DNA of 57,344 nt from Collinsella sp. (GTDB taxonomy: Bacteria > Actinomycetota > Coriobacteriia > Coriobacteriales > Coriobacteriaceae), in NCBI GenBank assembly GCA_019419405.1, contig DYAA01000106.1, positions 1 through 57,344 on the forward strand. The letters are read 5' to 3'. A program made the position numbers and the translations under genes. A model generated the notes under the pieces. The model had not been told where the DNA came from. It saw nothing but the letters and a program-made list of their open reading frames with translations, and did not search any database. How positions within the stretch are numbered: the stretch's first letter is position 1; each line of letters opens with the position of its first letter. Below are positions 1 to 8,009 of the stretch, piece after piece.

Positions 1-295
1 GTACTACGCCCACTCGAGGCTGCTGATCATCGACGAGCTCGGCTACCTCGACGTCGGCAGCGTGGGCGCGGACCTGTTGTTCCAGCTGATATTGACGCGC
101 TACGAGCAGCGCTCGACGATCATCACCGCCGACGTGGGGATCGGCGGCTGGGGCAGGGTGTTCGGGGACGACGTGGCGGCGAGCGCGATCGCGGACAGGG
201 TGTGCCACCACTGCCACCACTGCCACCTGGTCAAGATAGCCGGCAGGTCCTACAGGCTGAAGGACCTGCCGAGGGACGGACCCGTCAAGGCGTGA
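1..295 (+). CDS. istB: IS21-family IstB-like ATPase, 3' part (truncated by window edge)
   Basis: Open frame from base 2 reads LLIIDELGYL (Walker B)...LFQLI..RYE.RSTIIT...W..VFGD...A.AI.DR..HH...I.G.SYRLK, the characteristic IstB C-terminus. Confidence 0.93.
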   Translation, partial: YYAHSRLLIIDELGYLDVGSVGADLLFQLILTRYEQRSTIITADVGIGGWGRVFGDDVAASAIADRVCHHCHHCHLVKIAGRSYRLKDLPRDGPVKA

Positions 296-396
296 CCGGA
301 ATCGGTGAAAATACGTTAGCGCAAGCGGTGAAGCCGCCTTTGCGCGAACGGCGCGTTTGATTAGTGAAACTGGTGAAAATTAGATTGACGCTAACA
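1..396 (+). mobile_element. IS21-family insertion sequence, right end
   Basis: After the istB stop come repeated GGTGAAAAT motifs (304-312, 372-380), and the segment ends ...GACGCTAACA at 396. A terminal CA plus internal repeats is typical of IS21 ends. Confidence 0.8.
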
Positions 397-660
397 GGGG
401 CGTGCCCGTCGCGGCGTTTCACGGGGATGTCTCGCGCCATCCCCGGACCCCTTCGCGCCAAAGGGACGAGTCCCCTTGGAACCCCGGGCCGCCGCCGGCG
501 GGCCGTGAACGGCGGGACAATCACTCGGCTTCAACTCGCGATCGCCCCGCCGGCTCTCGCTCCGGCTCCGTTCGATGGCTCCCCTGGGTCGCCATCACTG
601 CGCCTCCGCTCACCTGTCCCGTTGCACTCCGGTCGATTCGGCCTACGCTTCTCGGGGCAT

Positions 661-775
661 GCAAGATATGTATTCCGTGCAACGGAATATCTTGCCCGGC
701 CGAAGCCGGGATGTGCGAACCGCTCCAAAGTCGCTCCCGCAGAACCGTGCAACAGGCTTACCGGCTGTTGCACGG
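661..775 (+). other. Putative origin of transfer (oriT), MOB_P-like nic at 694/695
   Basis: Inverted repeat TATTCCGT-gca-ACGGAATA (671-689) runs into TATCTTG^CCCGGC (688-700), one base from the RP4 nic TATCCTG^CCCGGC. A second IR, CCGTGCAACAG/CTGTTGCACGG, is at 745-775. Adjacent to the relaxase gene. Confidence 0.7.
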
Positions 776-791
776 ACCTCAGATATGAAAG

Positions 792-1727
792 TCAGTCCCG
801 GCCTCTTTCGTCATCCACACCCTCGCGAGCCAGCTCCCACGCGGCCCGTATGGCAAGGTCGATTCCTCTTGCCGTGAACCTCATAATCCGCCCGGTCGAG
901 CGGTTGACGGCGTAGCCGAGCCTCGCGCCGTTGATCTTCCTCGTCTTGCCGAGGGACTCCGAGTGATAGCGGTATTGCAGCGCCCCCCGCTTGGATCGGG
1001 CGATCTCGATCCCATCCGATTCCAACCGCCTTGCAAACTCTCCGAAGCGGTCGGGGCAGCTCTTGAGCCTCCCGACCTCCTCTGCCCTCTGGGCGACAAT
1101 CGCTCGGACCCTTGCGTTCTCGGATTTGTCGGATCTCCCCTTCTTTGCCATCTCGCGCTCCTCGCGACCGGGCTGGCGCGCGTGCACCTTCGAGTTCGAG
1201 AGGCCCCTTTCGAGCTGGCTCAGGCCGTACTTCGTATCGAGCTCCTTCACCGTTCTCACGCGGGATTTCGCCGCCGCCCTCGCCGGCCCGTCGTTCAGAC
1301 GCCGCCCAGTCTCGAGGTCCGTCCTATTGATGGCGAGGTGAGCGGCGAATCGGGCCGATCCATCCGACCTGCACCTCTCCTCATGCAGCACAATCACGAT
1401 CTCCTGGTTGGGATAGCGCTTGGCGATGTAGTCCCTCGCGTACTCCATGCAACGCGAGGGCGTCATCGGCCCGCCGTTGCAGGAGCACTCGTCCGGGTTG
1501 AAGCCGATCACCTGATGCTGCATGTACGTGCACCTTGAGCCCTGCTTCCCGGGCCGGTTGTGCCCGGCCGCCTCCCGGGTGGCGTCCATTTCCTCGAACC
1601 ATCGATCCTCATCGATGATGTGCTGGGTATCGTGGTCCAGGACTTTCTCCCTGTCCCAATCGAAATACCGCTTGAGGTTTTGGAGGTGCTCCCCGCTCAT
1701 GACGCTCGCCTGCTTGATTGCGGTCAT
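792..1727 (-). CDS. Relaxase/mobilization nuclease (MOB_P-like), ~311 aa
   Basis: N-terminal L.RY (putative catalytic Tyr), motif II HQVIGFNPDE, motif III IVLHEE...AAHLAINR..LETG. ATG at 1727 has a GGGAG RBS; the longer ORF call overlaps the T4CP gene. Confidence 0.88.
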   Translation of the reverse strand: MTAIKQASVMSGEHLQNLKRYFDWDREKVLDHDTQHIIDEDRWFEEMDATREAAGHNRPGKQGSRCTYMQHQVIGFNPDECSCNGGPMTPSRCMEYARDYIAKRYPNQEIVIVLHEERCRSDGSARFAAHLAINRTDLETGRRLNDGPARAAAKSRVRTVKELDTKYGLSQLERGLSNSKVHARQPGREEREMAKKGRSDKSENARVRAIVAQRAEEVGRLKSCPDRFGEFARRLESDGIEIARSKRGALQYRYHSESLGKTRKINGARLGYAVNRSTGRIMRFTARGIDLAIRAAWELAREGVDDERGRD

Positions 1728-1753
1728 TTTCCAACTCCCTTCAAAAACCGCCG

Positions 1754-3667
1754 TCAGTCGACGAAGAGGCCGGACCATCCGTCGGCAACAGGCGGCTCCG
1801 CGGCCTCTTCCTCGAATTCGGGAGTCCAGAGATCGACGCCGTCCTCCCGACCCATTTGCCTTGATATCAGCCTGGCCTGGTATTCCATCCTCTTGGCCGC
1901 CTCGTGCTCGCGCGTCCCCAGATCGAAGTGCTCCTTCGTCGGCATCCGCGTGCAATCGCAGACAGGGGCCCGGAAGCACCCCGCATGTTCCCTGCCCACG
2001 CCGTTCTCCGCGGTCTTCACCACGATGACGCCGTCCTTGTCGGGGGACATCTCCGTCCACTCCCAAGGATGAATCAGGTCGTCGGCGTGCTCGCTGTAGG
2101 ATGTCGACCCCGTACCGCCCGAAGGCCCCCTGCTCGAGCTGGTTCCCATGGTGTGCCGCGTCGTCTTCCCGACTAGCTCGGTGAAATACTGGCGGTCCTC
2201 GGCCTCGCCCAGTTTCATGGCGACCTTGACGCCGCAGTTTGCCAGGATCTTCTTCCGTCCGTCGCGCTCGCCGTACTTGTTCAGCTGAGAGATGTTCTGG
2301 ACTGCGCCCATCCAGAACAGGTCGTACGAGCGCCCAAGGCTGAGAAGGCTAGGCAGGCACTCGACCTTCGGCAGGTTCCCCCATTCGTCGCCGAGGATGG
2401 ACACCGGCCGCGGCAGCTTTCCACCAGCTGCGTCCGCGATGGAATACACGGCAGCGTAGAGCTGCTCGAACAGGACCGCCGCGATCGCGTTGTAGGGGGA
2501 GCCCTCGTCCATCACGTGGAGGAACAGCGCGGTCTTCTCGCTCAGGATTCTACTCGGATCGATATCATCGCCCGAGACCATTCGCGCAATCGGCGCCGAA
2601 GCGTAGATCCTCAGGTTGACCTTTAGCGTGGAAACGATGCTCCTCAGCTCGTTGCCGCCGCTCGAGATGAACTGTGAGGCACGCGAGCGGGCCGGATGCC
2701 CCTGCGGCAGGGAACGGAACAGGCCCTTCAGCGGCTCACACGGATCCTCGCCGGCCCCCTCCGTCCCCAGGCACATGATGTGGTAGACCGTCGCGAGGTG
2801 CTTGCAGCCCCGCGGGCAGCCCTCGTCCAGCACGACCAGAAGGATCGTCGCGGCGAGCAGCGACCGCGCGGATTCCGTCCAGTGGCTCGCCTTCGCATCG
2901 CCCTCCCCGGCGATGAGCGTACGGGCGACGGCATCCGCGGCCTGCTCAGCCCCCGGCAGATTCCCCCCGTTCGCGAGCCTATCGACCATTTCCAGTGGAT
3001 TGAACGTGTCGCTCTTCTCGGGATGCTGGGCGTCCAGCAGAAGCACCCGGTACCCGCGACGCTCCAGCTCGTCGCCCGTCAACTCGATGAGCTCACTCTT
3101 CACATCGGACACGATAATGGTCTGCGGCCTCGATTCCCCGTCATCCGCCCCATACGTCAGCAGATCAATTGTCGGGATCAGCAGCGATCTTGATTTTCCG
3201 GCACCCGTTGAGCCGTCGAGGAACATGTGCCGCCTCGGTTCGAACAGATACTTGGAGCCGAACAGCGTCTTCTCAAACCCGTACACGAATCCTCTGCTTT
3301 TCGGCTGTCCGTGCCCGTCCCAAATCTCCGAGCCCCGGATGGTCTCCGGCCCCGTTTTCACCCGCGCCTCCCCAAGTACACCTCCGTCGGCGGCTCGCTC
3401 CTTCGAGGAAGCCGATAGCTGCATGAGCACGAATACCGACAGGAACAGCGCGAACGAGGCGAGACAGCCAGGGACGCAATGAGGCCCCACGTTAATCCAC
3501 CACCAAATGGTGTTATCCACGCTCAGGGTGAATCCGATCGAGCTCAGCTCGATTGGAAATCCGAGGATCATGCAATCGAGGGGAATGGCGATAAGTGGCG
3601 CAAACCCCGCGGTAAGCAGCGCTGCGAAAACCAGCGCCATGACCAGCTTCTCCTTCACGAGAACCAC
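1754..3667 (-). CDS. Type IV coupling protein, VirD4/TraG family
   Basis: Two N-terminal hydrophobic segments, Walker A GSTGAGKS, DVKSEL, FNPLE, Walker B ILGDEWGNL, GRSY...QNISQL.KYG, ILANC. Confidence 0.93.
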   Translation of the reverse strand: MVLVKEKLVMALVFAALLTAGFAPLIAIPLDCMILGFPIELSSIGFTLSVDNTIWWWINVGPHCVPGCLASFALFLSVFVLMQLSASSKERAADGGVLGEARVKTGPETIRGSEIWDGHGQPKSRGFVYGFEKTLFGSKYLFEPRRHMFLDGSTGAGKSRSLLIPTIDLLTYGADDGESRPQTIIVSDVKSELIELTGDELERRGYRVLLLDAQHPEKSDTFNPLEMVDRLANGGNLPGAEQAADAVARTLIAGEGDAKASHWTESARSLLAATILLVVLDEGCPRGCKHLATVYHIMCLGTEGAGEDPCEPLKGLFRSLPQGHPARSRASQFISSGGNELRSIVSTLKVNLRIYASAPIARMVSGDDIDPSRILSEKTALFLHVMDEGSPYNAIAAVLFEQLYAAVYSIADAAGGKLPRPVSILGDEWGNLPKVECLPSLLSLGRSYDLFWMGAVQNISQLNKYGERDGRKKILANCGVKVAMKLGEAEDRQYFTELVGKTTRHTMGTSSSRGPSGGTGSTSYSEHADDLIHPWEWTEMSPDKDGVIVVKTAENGVGREHAGCFRAPVCDCTRMPTKEHFDLGTREHEAAKRMEYQARLISRQMGREDGVDLWTPEFEEEAAEPPVADGWSGLFVD

Positions 3668-4006
3668 CTACTCTCTCGCACGGGCGAGTAGGTCGTTGAC
3701 CCAGCCCACCGCCGTCGAGACGATTGATGTCGCCCGGTTGAGATTATTGAGGACGACCGGATCGGACCCGTAGGTGTTGAGGGCGCGGACCGCCTGGTTG
3801 AGGTTCGTGCCGATCTTCTTCAACTCAGTCCTGATACCGGCAAGTTCCCCCGCGTCGGCGACCCTGACCGGCTTCTCGCCGCAGAGCAGGGCGGCATCGC
3901 GCATGAAGGAGGACGCCGGCATGTTCATGGCCGCCGCCTTCTCCTCGATAGCCTTACGCTGCGACTCACTCATCCGTACGTTGATATGCGTATTCATGGA
4001 AGTCAT
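3668..4006 (-). CDS. mobC: MobC relaxosome accessory protein (ribbon-helix-helix)
   Basis: N-terminal INVRMSE..RK.IEEKA....S.FMR.AAL RHH pattern and the MobC signature ELKKIGTNLNQ. Start is uncertain (3997, 4006 or 4012). Confidence 0.85.
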   Translation of the reverse strand: MTSMNTHINVRMSESQRKAIEEKAAAMNMPASSFMRDAALLCGEKPVRVADAGELAGIRTELKKIGTNLNQAVRALNTYGSDPVVLNNLNRATSIVSTAVGWVNDLLARARE

Positions 4007-4053
4007 AACCATCCAATCCGAGCGGGGCCGACACATCGGCCCCGCCCCTTTTA

Positions 4054-4329
4054 TTAAGTTGAAATTGTTTGGAGCATCTGACCGATGCGCCCAATCCTCA
4101 CCCTCGCCCAGACATCGAAGGGGACTCCCGGCAAGCTGCCGAGATATATACGGTATGGTCGCCATTGTTCTCTATAGATATCGAGAGCATCGAGCAGGCG
4201 CTTCCATTCCCAAATGAGCTCATCGGCCGAGAGCAGAGGAAGATCCCTGTTCTCGGCGCGCGCGAGCTCATCGGACGACAAGCATGGATTGGGAGCCCGG
4301 TATCCACCAATGTAGGGTCCGGGCTCCAT
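4054..4329 (-). CDS. Small hypothetical protein (91 aa)
   Basis: ATG lies 2 nt after the helicase stop and the ORF fills the gap to mobC. Internal repeat LSSDELA/LSADELI. No recognisable family. Confidence 0.5.
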   Translation of the reverse strand: MEPGPYIGGYRAPNPCLSSDELARAENRDLPLLSADELIWEWKRLLDALDIYREQWRPYRIYLGSLPGVPFDVWARVRIGRIGQMLQTIST

Positions 4330-4331
4330 AA

Positions 4332-5198
4332 TTAGCCGATTTCGGTAAACATCGCTGCTGGTGCGTTGAACTCAAACTCGACAATACCGCAGGAACCGTA
4401 ACGGTTCTTTGTGATTGAAGCAATGACGGGCCGTTTTTTAAGCAACATATTGGCATTACGCTCTTCGGGCTTATCGCCCTTAATAGAAAGCGACATAACG
4501 AGATCTGCCGAATACTCGAACATGTTGCACCCGCCTATCGCCTGAAGCCCGGTGGTCTGTTTGTCGTAATTAACGCGGTTAATTGATGAGATAGCGAAGA
4601 GCGGACAATGGGCCTCATCCACGATTCGGCGGAGCTCGGAAGCGACGAGCTTGAGACCGATACGCTCGTCGGCAATGCGCAGTTCCTGCGGCAAAGAGAC
4701 GATTTGCGCGTAATCAACAATAACCAGTGGCGGTTCGCCATGTTTATCGGCAACCTCTTCGATTGCCTTTCGCATCCCGGCATATTTAATTTCACCAGGA
4801 ATGATATACATTCGCTCGGCGATGCTGCGGGCGTAAATGTCGAGAACCTTCTCGAAGAGCCCGCGTTTGTCCTCAGACATGCCATCGCCGTTCATATCAT
4901 CGTGCGTGAGCTCGCCGCCCGAGATGCGGGTGAGGCTCTTCGCGAGCATGCTGTCTCGCCCGAGCTCGCCCTCAAAGATGACCACCGGATGGCCAGCAAT
5001 GGCCCATCCGTCGGCGATTTGCTGCATAAACGTTGTTTTACCCGTACCGGGTCCGCCGGGGACGATGCACAGGTATTGACGAAGACCTCCGAGGATAGTA
5101 TCCAGCGCACCGTGTTCGATATGCCCAAGCGGCCTATTCTTTAAGATACGCAAGGCGGTCTCGTCGAGGCCGACGCTCATGGGATTTAAAGCCGGCAC
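4332..5198 (-). CDS. DnaB-like (SF4/RecA-fold) helicase, C-terminal domain only
   Basis: Walker A GGPGTGKTT, Walker B IVDYAQIV, AISSINR, FEYSADLV and KNRYG motifs. GGAGG RBS upstream of GTG. Confidence 0.88.
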   Translation of the reverse strand: MPALNPMSVGLDETALRILKNRPLGHIEHGALDTILGGLRQYLCIVPGGPGTGKTTFMQQIADGWAIAGHPVVIFEGELGRDSMLAKSLTRISGGELTHDDMNGDGMSEDKRGLFEKVLDIYARSIAERMYIIPGEIKYAGMRKAIEEVADKHGEPPLVIVDYAQIVSLPQELRIADERIGLKLVASELRRIVDEAHCPLFAISSINRVNYDKQTTGLQAIGGCNMFEYSADLVMSLSIKGDKPEERNANMLLKKRPVIASITKNRYGSCGIVEFEFNAPAAMFTEIG

Positions 5199-5440
5199 GG
5201 TTCGCTCGCCTCCAATTCATGGAGGTATGCAAAGAAGCTCGATTCAAGGATGTAAATGCGGCGGTGCAACGCAATCGCGCGCCCGCTCTCCTTCATCATC
5301 TTCGAGGCCGTAACCGGACTCAAGCCGGTTATCTTGCACACTTCAGCGATGCCAAGAAGGCGCTCGTGGCCCAAGTTGGAATCAGAAGAAACCGCAGTTG
5401 ATGCTTGTACGGCAGCGTACGGTTCAGGCTCTACAATCAT
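5186..5440 (-). CDS. Excisionase/AlpA-like helix-turn-helix protein
   Basis: 84 aa with an RLLGIAEVCKITGLS winged-HTH pattern. GAAAGGA RBS. First gene of the mobilization operon. Confidence 0.75.
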   Translation of the reverse strand: MIVEPEPYAAVQASTAVSSDSNLGHERLLGIAEVCKITGLSPVTASKMMKESGRAIALHRRIYILESSFFAYLHELEASEPCRL

Positions 5441-5687
5441 GGTAGAATCCTTTCAGGCTAGCTCGCCCCTCCCCCTTCGTCGCCAAACTTAGATAGGGAA
5501 GGGCGGGCGGCTTTTTAATCAATGACCGAAAATAAAATAACTCCTTTCAAACAAGCTGGTCAGGCGCTTACTGTTTATATTGTAACACTGTCTGTTGCAC
5601 AATCATATCTAGTTACAGTTCTAATTTCTAATTCACTTTCTGACTGTATAGACTTTATTGTCTGACTGATTTAATATATATACAACG

Positions 5688-6467
5688 ATGATTGGAGTGG
5701 TTATGGGACGTTTACCATTATCCGGAAGTAAGATGCGGAAAATTAAGTTCGGAACAACTGTTCAGGCGACGACCCCGGAGAAAATCGAAGAGCTACGCCT
5801 CAAGAACCCCGAATCAGTCAGAAGCACCGGCGAGGCTATCGACTATCTATGCAACCTGCTCACGGGGTTGCAGCCGAGGGTCGCCAGGGCCCTCGATGAG
5901 GCGTGCCTCAGGGAAGCTCGGCAAATCACCAATGAAATGAAGGCCCTTCCCGTTGACGGATCAGAAGAAATGAGTTTTAGTCAATTGGAACTTTATCGAG
6001 AGCAATTCCAGAGGCTCCACGACCATTTCTCTTTATATTGCGAGAAAGAGGAGAGGCCCCAGGGAATGAGACGGGTCGATCTCCTCGGCGGCGATTACGC
6101 TGTCCTCCCCTCCTCTTGGACTTTATTGGAAACAGAGGAATGCGCGAAGTCTTGCAGCCAGGTCGGAATTATCGAAATTCGCGGCGGCGCAAAATACGAT
6201 GCGCCTCATTTTGCCTTCTTCCATAACGGAGAGTACAGTCAAAAGGACAAATTGCAGCGCGCAACCAAACTCTGGCCCCGCATGACCGACGTGATGCGCG
6301 ACGAGGTCAAACTGGTCACAGATGATGAGGGACATTACCTAAATATGGACGAGCACCTAGCCGCCCCCATCATTTGTTATTTCAACCTTCTAGATGCCAG
6401 CTACTATCAGTCTATGGAGCTGGAGCCGCCATATGGCGCAATGATCTACCGAAACAATGTCGCTTAA
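5688..6467 (+). CDS. Hypothetical protein, possible element regulator (N-terminal RHH-like)
   Basis: Long ORF divergent from xis across an AT-rich gap and closed by a terminator. The N-terminus KIKFGTTV..T.EKIEEL...STGEAIDYL resembles a strand-helix-helix. Start may be 5703 or 5733. Confidence 0.7.
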   Translation: MIGVVMGRLPLSGSKMRKIKFGTTVQATTPEKIEELRLKNPESVRSTGEAIDYLCNLLTGLQPRVARALDEACLREARQITNEMKALPVDGSEEMSFSQLELYREQFQRLHDHFSLYCEKEERPQGMRRVDLLGGDYAVLPSSWTLLETEECAKSCSQVGIIEIRGGAKYDAPHFAFFHNGEYSQKDKLQRATKLWPRMTDVMRDEVKLVTDDEGHYLNMDEHLAAPIICYFNLLDASYYQSMELEPPYGAMIYRNNVA

Positions 6468-6496
6468 AAAAGAGGCCCCAAAGGGGCCTCTTTTTT
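6466..6496. terminator. Bidirectional intrinsic terminator
   Basis: AAAAAA-GAGGCCCC-aaa-GGGGCCTC-TTTTTT between convergent genes. Confidence 0.9.
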
Positions 6497-6504
6497 AGCC
6501 CTTT

Positions 6505-7782
6505 TTAGCCCTTCAGCAGATCATCCAGCACTGATGCTGCCTTCTGGTCATTTGCCTCGATAAAGTGGCTATAGATAGACAGCGTCGTCGATGGGCTAGC
6601 ATGGCCCAAACGCGCCTGGATCGTCTTAATGTCCGCATTGGCACCAACGAGCAAAGTCGCTTGCGTATGTCTAAGCTCATGAGGCTTCAGCCCGCTATAA
6701 CCCGTATAGCGGGTACGTTTGACGCCGTCACTCCCAATGACTTCCCTGCTCTCCTTAAAAGTACCGAAGCCGTTTTTCGCCGCAAACAGCCTAAACGCCC
6801 TTGAATAGTTATGTCCATCCATCCGGGTCACAAGAGCCCGTTTGCCGTTGGCGGCGTCAACGATCCCAATGGAATGGACAATGGGCGTTTCTCCAGTCTG
6901 CCCCACTGCAAAGGAATCGAACTCACTCCGCTGAATGGCTTTCCACCTGTCCAGATAGTCGGCAAGTTCATTTCCAACCGAAATCTTACGCCTGCTCATC
7001 TTTGATTTAGGCGGCCTCAATGTCCTGTCGTTCGTATATTGCTTTACTATCCTCAGAGTCTTGGCGTCGGGGTCATAATCCTCCCATGAGAGACCAAGGG
7101 CCTCCCCCTTCCTCAAACCGCAGAGAAGTAGAAGCATTGTGCATGTGATAAAGGAAGATGGCTTCTCCTCCAAAAGGACCGCAAGAAGCCTTGCCGCCTC
7201 ATCGGCGCTCAGCGCCTTACGAGCCTCGACATTCTGCTTGGGCAGTTTCACTCCCCTACAAGGGTTTTTGCCCACGAGGTCGTTATCGACGGCATCCTCC
7301 ATTACCTGTTTGAGCTTGATGTGGATGCGGCGAATTTCACTTTCGCTGAATCGGCCTTCTTTTCTAGCCTTGGCATAAGCAGTGCGAACGTCATCCGATT
7401 TAAGCCGAGTGAGATCGGGATTGCCGAACAGCTCGCGTATGTGACGAATGTCCAAACCTTCACGCTCATAAGCAAGAGGTGATCCCATGGTCGACTCCCT
7501 GTTCGCGTGAAACCTGTCCGCATAATCTGATAGGCCCAGAGGACCATTGCCACGGTTGGAAGCGCCCTCAAGTTCAGCTCTATAGGCCTCCAGCGCCTTG
7601 GCGACTTCACTCGGCCAGTTTTTCGGGTTCTTGCTTCTGCAGTGAACCCTGCGTGACGGACTACGGCGGTACCGTCCTGTCTCCGGATCTTTTCCCAGGG
7701 AAAAATAAATCCGATAGACGCCTTTGCTCTTATCGATGCATTCCGATGTGCCGCGAGCGGTCTTTTTTATCAATCCCTGCAA
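6505..7782 (-). CDS. Tyrosine recombinase/integrase
   Basis: Catalytic motifs GLRKGEALGL, PKS, PHELRHT, RLGHA...T..IYSH. N-terminal arm-binding-like and SAM-like regions. TTG start with GAGGGA RBS. Confidence 0.96.
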   Translation of the reverse strand: MQGLIKKTARGTSECIDKSKGVYRIYFSLGKDPETGRYRRSPSRRVHCRSKNPKNWPSEVAKALEAYRAELEGASNRGNGPLGLSDYADRFHANRESTMGSPLAYEREGLDIRHIRELFGNPDLTRLKSDDVRTAYAKARKEGRFSESEIRRIHIKLKQVMEDAVDNDLVGKNPCRGVKLPKQNVEARKALSADEAARLLAVLLEEKPSSFITCTMLLLLCGLRKGEALGLSWEDYDPDAKTLRIVKQYTNDRTLRPPKSKMSRRKISVGNELADYLDRWKAIQRSEFDSFAVGQTGETPIVHSIGIVDAANGKRALVTRMDGHNYSRAFRLFAAKNGFGTFKESREVIGSDGVKRTRYTGYSGLKPHELRHTQATLLVGANADIKTIQARLGHASPSTTLSIYSHFIEANDQKAASVLDDLLKG

Positions 7783-7800
7783 TCATATCCCTCGTTAGAT

Positions 7801-7857
7801 TTTCGATTAGGCTTGCTGGCAAAGCCTTTAAAGCTTTGCCAGCAAGCCTAATCGAAA
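7801..7857. repeat. Perfect 25-bp-arm inverted repeat upstream of integrase
   Basis: TTTCGATTAGGCTTGCTGGCAAAGC / GCTTTGCCAGCAAGCCTAATCGAAA with a 7-nt spacer. Confidence 0.95.
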
Positions 7858-8009
7858 CTTTTCACACTTTCAAGTCTCTCTAAGTGTGAAAATAGTGGGA
7901 AATATGATTCTAATAGCTAGCTCAATAATTGTTAGTTACCTATTTCTACCTGCGCTTCCTTTTAATTCAGTGAAATTGGCCTCATATCGTCAAATGCCGA
8001 ATTCACGTA

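Noticed and set aside
285..915. Overlapping ORFs of 79-183 aa between the IS end and the relaxase
   Set aside because: Pro/Arg-rich translations with no motifs or clear RBS. The region is better explained by the IS end, hairpins and oriT.
7755..7790. Programmed frameshift from ATG 7786 through the A6 run into the integrase frame
   Set aside because: The in-frame TTG at 7782 has better RBS spacing, so no frameshift is needed.
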